Source of the DNA: Gammaproteobacteria bacterium | GTDB taxonomy: Bacteria; Pseudomonadota; Gammaproteobacteria; JAJPIJ01 | Direction of reading: 5' to 3' | DNA: 64,000 bases | Assembly (NCBI GenBank): GCA_021324815.1 | Contig: JAJPIJ010000046.1 | Span: forward strand, 64,750-128,749 | Part shown: positions 55,849 through 64,000 of the stretch, one piece after another | How positions within the stretch are numbered: the first letter of the stretch is position 1 | How the letters are laid out: every line of letters starts with the position of its first letter | Translations under genes and position numbers: made by a program | Notes under the pieces: model-generated | What the model was told of the DNA's origin: nothing | The model's input: the letters and a program-made list of their open reading frames with translations, nothing else | Database searches by the model: none

Positions 55849-57531
55849 ATGACCTCTCCGCACTATGTCTTCATCACCGGCGGCGTGGTCAGCTCGCTCG
55901 GCAAGGGGATCGCCGCCGCCTCGCTCGCCGCCATCCTCGAATCGCGCGGCCTCAAGGTCACCAATCTCAAGCTCGACCCCTACATCAACGTCGATCCGGG
56001 CACCATGAGCCCGTTTCAGCACGGCGAGGTATTCGTCACCGAGGACGGCGCCGAGACCGACCTCGACCTCGGCCACTACGAGCGCTTCTCGTCGGCCAGG
56101 ATGCGGCGGGCCAACAATTTCACCGCCGGCCAGATCTACGAGAGCGTCATCAAAAAGGAGCGGCGCGGCGAATATCTGGGCCGCACCGTGCAGGTCATCC
56201 CCCACATCACCGACGAGATCAAGGCCTTCATCCGTCGCGGCGCCGGCGACGCCGAGGTGGCCATCGTCGAGGTCGGCGGCACCGTCGGCGACATCGAGTC
56301 GCTGCCGTTCCTGGAGGCTATCCGCCAGATGGGCCTAGAGATGGGGCCGCAGGAGACCTGCTACATCCACCTGACGCTGGTGCCGTACCTGGGCGCGGCG
56401 GGCGAGATGAAGACCAAGCCCACGCAGCACAGCGTGAAAGAGCTGCGCTCCATCGGCATCCAGCCCGACGCGCTTTTGTGCCGCTCCGACCGGCCCATCC
56501 CGGAGGAGGAGCGCAAGAAAATCGCGTTGTTCACCAACGTGCGCCCGCGGGCGGTGATTTCGGTGTGGAACGTCGATTCGATTTACAAGATACCGCGCAT
56601 GCTGCACGAGCAGCTGCTGGACGAGATCGTCTGCCAGAAGCTGGGGCTGCTGGCGCGCGCCGCCGATCTCAGGCCCTGGAACGATCTCATCGAGGCGCTG
56701 GAGCACCCGCAGGGCGACGTGACCGTGGCCATGGTCGGCAAGTACGTGGACCTCACCGACTCCTACAAGTCGCTGAACGAGGCCCTGACCCACGCCGGCA
56801 TCCACAACCGCACGCGCGTCGGCATCGCCTACGTCGATTCCGAGGCGCTGGAGAGGGATGACGCGGCGGCCTTGAGCGCGCTGCGCGCCGCCGACGCCGT
56901 GCTGGTGCCCGGCGGCTTCGGCTCCCGCGGCACCGAGGGCAAGATGAAGGCCATCCGCCATGCGCGCGAAAACCGCATTCCCTATCTCGGCATCTGCCTC
57001 GGCATGCAGCTCGCCGTCATCGAATACGCCCGCAACAAGGTGGGGCTCGCCGGCGCCAACAGCACCGAGTTCGATCCCGGCACGCCGCACCCGGTGGTGG
57101 CGCTGATCACCGAGTGGCAGAACCGCGACGGCACGGTCGAGCGACGCGACGCCGGTTCGGACTTGGGCGGCACGATGCGCCTCGGCGCGCAGCCCGCCGA
57201 CGTCACGCCGGGCACGCAGGTCGAAAAGATTTACGGGAGCCGCACGGTGAACGAGCGCCACCGGCACCGCTACGAGGTCAACAATCGCTACCTGCCGCAA
57301 CTGGAGGCCGCCGGCCTCAAGGTCGCGGCGCGGGCGCGGGCGACGGTGAGCGGCGAAATCCTGACCGAAATGATCGAGCTGCCGGATCATCCGTGGTTCA
57401 TCGGCTGCCAGTTCCATCCGGAATTTTCCTCGACCCCGCGCGCGGGACATCCCCTGTTCAAGGCCTTCATTGCCGCGGCCATGGCCCACCGCGCGGCGCG
57501 CAAACCGGCGCTCAAGCATGCGGCTGTGTGA
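55849..57531 (+). CDS. pyrG: CTP synthase
   Basis: [46 protein letters not shown]. Confidence 0.98.
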   Translation: MTSPHYVFITGGVVSSLGKGIAAASLAAILESRGLKVTNLKLDPYINVDPGTMSPFQHGEVFVTEDGAETDLDLGHYERFSSARMRRANNFTAGQIYESVIKKERRGEYLGRTVQVIPHITDEIKAFIRRGAGDAEVAIVEVGGTVGDIESLPFLEAIRQMGLEMGPQETCYIHLTLVPYLGAAGEMKTKPTQHSVKELRSIGIQPDALLCRSDRPIPEEERKKIALFTNVRPRAVISVWNVDSIYKIPRMLHEQLLDEIVCQKLGLLARAADLRPWNDLIEALEHPQGDVTVAMVGKYVDLTDSYKSLNEALTHAGIHNRTRVGIAYVDSEALERDDAAALSALRAADAVLVPGGFGSRGTEGKMKAIRHARENRIPYLGICLGMQLAVIEYARNKVGLAGANSTEFDPGTPHPVVALITEWQNRDGTVERRDAGSDLGGTMRLGAQPADVTPGTQVEKIYGSRTVNERHRHRYEVNNRYLPQLEAAGLKVAARARATVSGEILTEMIELPDHPWFIGCQFHPEFSSTPRAGHPLFKAFIAAAMAHRAARKPALKHAAV

Positions 57532-58339
57532 TTTTGAGGCCGGCCCGGATCAGCCGTTCTTCCTGATCGCCGGGCCGTGTGTCGTGGAGAGCGAGACGCT
57601 GGTCATGGAGGTGGCCGGCGCGCTCAAGGAGACCACGCGGCGGCTGCGCATCCCCTTTGTCTTCAAGGCCTCCTATGACAAGGCCAACCGCGCCTCGCAG
57701 GACAGCTTCCGCGGTCCGGGCCTGGAGGCGGGATTGAAGGTGCTGGAGAAGGTGAAACGGCAGTTGCAGCTTCCGGTGCTGACCGACGTGCACGAGGACA
57801 CGCCGCTTGGCGAAGTCGCGGCGGTGGTGGACGTGTTGCAGACGCCGGCCTTCCTGTGCCGCCAGACCAATTTCATCCAGAACGTCGCCCGCCAGGGCCG
57901 GCCGGTCAACATCAAGAAGGGCCAATTCCTGGCGCCGTGGGACATGCAACATGTCGTCGCCAAGGCCAGGGCCACGGGCAACGAGCAGATCATGGTCTGC
58001 GAGCGCGGCGCGAGCTTCGGGTACAATTACCTGGTCTCCGACATGCGCGCGCTGGTCATCATGCGCGACACCGGCTGCCCGGTGGTGTTCGACGCGACGC
58101 ACTCGGTGCAGATGCCGGGCGGGCAGGGGGGAACTTCCGGCGGCCAGCGCGAATTCGTGGCGCCACTGGCGCGCGCCGCCGTCGCCGTGGGCGTTTCAGG
58201 CGTGTTCATGGAAACCCATCCGCGACCGGAGCAGGCCTTGAGCGACGGCCCCAATTCCGTGCGGCTGAAGGACATGCCGGCGCTGCTGGCGATGCTCAAG
58301 GAATTGGATCAGGTGGCCAAGAAGAAATCAGCGGAATGA
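57518..58339 (+). CDS. kdsA: KDO 8-phosphate synthase
   Basis: [35 protein letters not shown]. Confidence 0.97.
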   Translation: MRLCDFEAGPDQPFFLIAGPCVVESETLVMEVAGALKETTRRLRIPFVFKASYDKANRASQDSFRGPGLEAGLKVLEKVKRQLQLPVLTDVHEDTPLGEVAAVVDVLQTPAFLCRQTNFIQNVARQGRPVNIKKGQFLAPWDMQHVVAKARATGNEQIMVCERGASFGYNYLVSDMRALVIMRDTGCPVVFDATHSVQMPGGQGGTSGGQREFVAPLARAAVAVGVSGVFMETHPRPEQALSDGPNSVRLKDMPALLAMLKELDQVAKKKSAE

Positions 58340-58362
58340 TTTCGAGGGCCCATATCGATAAC

Positions 58363-58463
58363 CCGTTCGCCCTGAGGTATCGAAGGGCGATCGCCACGCG
58401 CTGAATGATTTGGTCGTGCTTCGATACCCCTCGATACCTCGGGACGGGCCTCGGCACGAACGG
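58363..58463. repeat. intergenic palindromic element, family A copy 3 (inverted)
   Basis: CCGTTCGCCCTGAGGTATCGAAGGG...CGAACGG, reverse complement of the motif at 4493-4517. Confidence 0.8.
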
Positions 58464-58471
58464 CTGTTTAA

Positions 58472-59785
<1,314 letters not shown>

Positions 59786-60130
59786 ATGCGGATTGCTGTT
59801 TTCCTGCTCATCATATTACTGGGCGCCTTGCAGTTCAGGCTGTGGTTCGGGGAGGGCGGCTGGCGGACGGTGTGGGCGCTCCGTGAGCAGATCGACAGCC
59901 AGCGCCAGGAAAATGCCAAGCTCAAGGAGCGCAACCAGGCGCTGGAGGCGGAGGTTCAGGATTTGAAACAGGGCCTGGAGGCGATTGAAGAGCGCGCCCG
60001 CAGCGAGATGGGCATGATCAAGAAGGACGAAGTGTTCTACCAGATTATCGACCAGCCCGGCGTGGTGCTGCCGCCGGCGCAAACGGGAACCAGGCCATCG
60101 CCGCTGGCAAAGAACAATACTGGGCGGTGA
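59786..60130 (+). CDS. ftsB: cell division protein FtsB
   Basis: TM, LQ.RLWFG.G, coiled coil, EERAR.E.GMIK.DE.FY. Confidence 0.93.
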   Translation: MRIAVFLLIILLGALQFRLWFGEGGWRTVWALREQIDSQRQENAKLKERNQALEAEVQDLKQGLEAIEERARSEMGMIKKDEVFYQIIDQPGVVLPPAQTGTRPSPLAKNNTGR

Positions 60131-60819
60131 TCCCGGCGGCGGGCCTGGGCCAGCGCATGGGCACGGAGGTGCCCAAGCAGTATCTCCCCTTGCGCGGGCG
60201 GGTGGTGCTTGAACACACCGTCGAACGGTTCGCATCACACCCGCGCATCGCCGGCGTCGTGGTCGCCATCGCCCCGCAGGACGCGTCATGGGACCACCTG
60301 CCGTGCGCGCGCGCGGCGAAAGTGCGGCGCGCGGAGGGCGGCGCGGAGCGCTGCCACTCCGTGTTGAACGCGTTGAAGCGGCTGGCGGAAACCGCCGCGC
60401 CCGGCGACTGGGTGCTGGTGCACGACGCGGCGCGGCCCTGCCTGCGCAAAAAGGACATCGACCGCATGCTGGACACGCTGGCTTCGCATCCGGTCGGCGG
60501 CATCCTCGCCGTGCCGGTGCGCGACACCATGAAGCGCGGCGGCGCCGGCAACGAAATCACCGCCACCGTGGATCGCAAAAATCTGTGGCACGCACTGACG
60601 CCGCAGATGTTTCATCTCGGCATGCTGACGCAGGCCATTGAGCAGGCGCTGGCGAAGGGGGTCATCGTGACCGATGAGGCGCAGGCCATCGAACTGGCCG
60701 GCCATCAACCCGTGCTGGTCGAGGGGCACGCCGACAACATCAAGATCACGCACCCGAAGGACTTGAAGCTGGCGGACATTTATCTGCGGTTGCAGGAGGA
60801 GGAGGGCGAATGCGCATAG
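60127..60819 (+). CDS. ispD: 2-C-methyl-D-erythritol 4-phosphate cytidylyltransferase
   Basis: PAAG.G.RM...PKQY, VHDAARP, TPQMF, NIKIT. Confidence 0.95.
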   Translation: MIPAAGLGQRMGTEVPKQYLPLRGRVVLEHTVERFASHPRIAGVVVAIAPQDASWDHLPCARAAKVRRAEGGAERCHSVLNALKRLAETAAPGDWVLVHDAARPCLRKKDIDRMLDTLASHPVGGILAVPVRDTMKRGGAGNEITATVDRKNLWHALTPQMFHLGMLTQAIEQALAKGVIVTDEAQAIELAGHQPVLVEGHADNIKITHPKDLKLADIYLRLQEEEGECA

Positions 60820-61283
60820 GCCAGGGCTTCGACGCCCACCGCTTTCAAAAGGGCCGCCGGCTGGTGCTGGGCGGCGTCACCATTCCGCATGAATCCGGCA
60901 TGGAGGCGCATTCCGACGGCGACGTGGTGATCCACGCGGTGTGCGACGCGCTGCTCGGCGCCGCGGGCCTGGGCGACATCGGCAAACACTTCCCCGACAC
61001 CGATCAAAGCATCAAGGGCATCGACAGCCGCATCATGCTGAAGCACATCGTGAAGTTATTGCATGACAAGAATTACAAGATCGGCAACGTGGACGCCACC
61101 ATCATCGCGCAGGCGCCGAAACTCGCGCCATTTATTCCGCAGATGTGCGAGAACCTGGCAGCGGACATGCAAATTGCCCGCGACGCCGTCAACATCAAGG
61201 CCACCACCACCGAGAAAATGGGTTTCACCGGCCGCGGCGAAGGCATCGCCGCCCTCGCCGTCGCCCTGCTATTGTCTTCTTAG
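60810..61283 (+). CDS. ispF: 2-C-methyl-D-erythritol 2,4-cyclodiphosphate synthase
   Basis: RIGQGFD.H, HSDGDV, GDIG.HFPD, KATTTE.MGF.GRGEG. Confidence 0.97.
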   Translation: MRIGQGFDAHRFQKGRRLVLGGVTIPHESGMEAHSDGDVVIHAVCDALLGAAGLGDIGKHFPDTDQSIKGIDSRIMLKHIVKLLHDKNYKIGNVDATIIAQAPKLAPFIPQMCENLAADMQIARDAVNIKATTTEKMGFTGRGEGIAALAVALLLSS

Positions 61284-61822
61284 CTGCGTTTCAATAGAAC
61301 ATAGACGGCGCCGGTGCCGCCGTCGACGGGGCGCGTGGAGCTGAAGGCGAGCACCGCGTCGAGTTGTTGTAGCCAGTGGTTCACCTTGCCCTTGAGCACC
61401 GGCATGCGGCCCTGCGAACGCATACCCTTGCCGTGCACGATGCGCACGCAGCGCCACCCGCGATCCCGCGCCTGGCTCAGAAAATCCACCAGCGATTCCT
61501 TGGCTTCGGCGACGGTCTGGCCGTGCAGATCGAGTTCGCCCTCGATGCTCAACTGGCCGCGCCGCAGCTTGCGGGTCAGCGAGTGCTGTATGCCGGGACG
61601 GACGAACAGCAATTCATCGCCGGTCTCAATCTCGGCGCTGTCGTAAAGCCCCTGCGCCATCTCGCGGATGACTTCGCATTCATCTCGCAGGCGCTGCTCT
61701 GGTATGGGCGCGCGCTTTGGGCGATCCGGAACGATCCGATCTGATTTCAGGCGGCGGACCTTGCTCATGGCGTCGCGAAACAGGGCGACTTCGGATGGCG
61801 TGGGCCGTGGTTCCTTGCTCAT
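61280..61822 (-). CDS. Smr/MutS2 domain protein (SmrA-like)
   Basis: LDLHG, IVHGKG, LAFSS....GG.GA.YVLL; real start likely ATG 61822. Confidence 0.9.
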   Translation of the reverse strand: MSKEPRPTPSEVALFRDAMSKVRRLKSDRIVPDRPKRAPIPEQRLRDECEVIREMAQGLYDSAEIETGDELLFVRPGIQHSLTRKLRRGQLSIEGELDLHGQTVAEAKESLVDFLSQARDRGWRCVRIVHGKGMRSQGRMPVLKGKVNHWLQQLDAVLAFSSTRPVDGGTGAVYVLLKRS

Positions 61823-61910
61823 GCCGCCAAGATTACACGCAGGCGGCGGCGCAGAAAAGAAACCGGCGAATGTGAGTTGGCAGCCCTTTCGTTCGTCGCA
61901 ACGAAGCGGT

Positions 61911-61989
61911 GAAATCCCCCGACCGCCGCTGCGCGTCTGTCCGCCCCCTTTGCAAAGGGGGCGGCGAGTGCCACGAGCAGGGGATTTTA
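61911..61989. repeat. intergenic palindromic element, family B copy 1
   Basis: AAATCCCC...CCCCCTTTGCAAAGGGGG...GGGGATTT. Confidence 0.65.
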
Positions 61990-62024
61990 AGTCCCGATAT
62001 GAGCCACTCGCCGGGGTGGGGAAA

Positions 62025-62678
62025 TCAGGTGGGCTGGGGGACGGTGCGGACGGGCGGCGGCGCGATGCGCCTGGAGGCCGGCACGGGGATGCGCTTGAAG
62101 AAACCCGGCACGCGCGTAGCGAGCAATCCAATCAGGATCAGCCCGTAAATAATGGGCAGATGCCTGTCGGCCTTGACCAGCCAGAGGTAGTGCAGGATGA
62201 CCAGGGTGCCGATGGGATAGACGAGGCTGTGCAGCTTGCGCCATTGCCTGCCGCCGAGCCGCTTCACCATTTTGTTGGTGGAGGTGATCGCCAGCGGCAC
62301 CAGCAGCACAAACGCCGAGAAGCCGACCGTGACGTAGGGGCGCTTGGCGATGTCACGCGCGATGTCATGGATGTCGAGGCTGTTGTCGAACACGAGCCAG
62401 GTCAGGAAGTGCAGACAGGCGTAAAAGAAGACGTAAAGCCCGAACATGCGGCGCAGACGCATCATCGGCTGCCAGCCGGTCAGCCGGCGCAGCGGCGTGA
62501 AGGCGAGCGTCATGAGCAGGAAGCGCAGCCCCCAGTCGCCCAGCTCGTGCTCGATTTTCAGGATCGGATTGGCGCCGAGGCGGTGCGTGAATCCCTTCTG
62601 GATCAAGAGCGCGAGCGGCACCAGCATCAGCACGAACAGCGCCGGCTTGATGATCTTGATGGGATCCCTGATGGGCAC
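62025..62678 (-). CDS. msrQ: heme-binding membrane subunit MsrQ
   Basis: LGANP, TP.R, RR.FGL..FFY..LH, KRPY.TVG, LA.TS, W.KLH.LVY; start approximate. Confidence 0.92.
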   Translation of the reverse strand: MPIRDPIKIIKPALFVLMLVPLALLIQKGFTHRLGANPILKIEHELGDWGLRFLLMTLAFTPLRRLTGWQPMMRLRRMFGLYVFFYACLHFLTWLVFDNSLDIHDIARDIAKRPYVTVGFSAFVLLVPLAITSTNKMVKRLGGRQWRKLHSLVYPIGTLVILHYLWLVKADRHLPIIYGLILIGLLATRVPGFFKRIPVPASRRIAPPPVRTVPQPT

Positions 62679-62735
62679 GGTTGTCAAGACCCGCGGAATT
62701 GCCGATATCGACCGTTGCCAGGCACGCCAGCTGCC

Positions 62736-62781
62736 AATCCCCCCTCCCCCCATTTGTCAAAGGGGGGATAAGGGGGGATTT
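62736..62781. repeat. intergenic palindromic element, family B copy 2
   Basis: AATCCCCC.CCCCC.TTTGTCAAAGGGGGGATAAGGGGGGATTT between msrP and msrQ. Confidence 0.65.
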
Positions 62782-62826
62782 CAACCGGCGTCAGCAAATA
62801 GAGCGTGGGGGTCATTTTTGAAATCT

Positions 62827-63786
<960 letters not shown>

Positions 63787-64000
63787 GGGTCACCTGTCGT
63801 GGTTTCTGGCCGCCATAAACTTAGCTGACCAGTTAGATGGCTTTCCGGTTCACATGGTTACGGGATGTTTACGCGGTCAGGGTTAATTTATATACTGATT
63901 TCAAAGTCGAATTAACCACCACGGCTGTGGGACGGGATACAGGGGGCCAGGATGAACGTACAAGGTATGGGTCGGCGTATCTCGTCATTGATTCTTGGAT

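Noticed and set aside
60085-60130. IspD-like residues (YWAV) upstream of the annotated GTG without a canonical start
   Set aside because: The GTGA overlap with the ftsB stop gives an adequate coupled start; too weak to claim non-canonical initiation.

Overview
This is a high-GC proteobacterial chromosome segment, probably Gammaproteobacteria, judged from the gene orders folC-dedD-cvpA-purF-metZ, mltD-yafS-rnhA-dnaQ and pyrG-kdsA-eno-ftsB-ispD-ispF. The highlight is an ~8.2-kb, integrase-less type V-B CRISPR-Cas island (about 43485-51717) bounded by diverged direct repeats. It encodes an unusually large 1691-aa Cas12b-like effector, a cas4-cas1 fusion split by a +1 frameshift in a G8 run, cas2, a very compact predicted tracrRNA, and a 6-repeat/5-spacer array whose repeat is strongly palindromic. 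Other accessory content: a serine-cycle operon (sga-mcl-mtkAB-hpr-ppc) beside SulP/carbonic anhydrase, with fhs further on; a Fur-box-led flavinylation (ApbE/FMN-bind) cluster; and a type III PKS cluster. The window also has a SAM-II riboswitch before metZ, a decaying toxin-antitoxin/MITE islet between a duplicated metZ 3' end and tRNA-Arg, and two families of intergenic palindromic repeats. All family assignments are by motif recognition from memory; no database searches were run.
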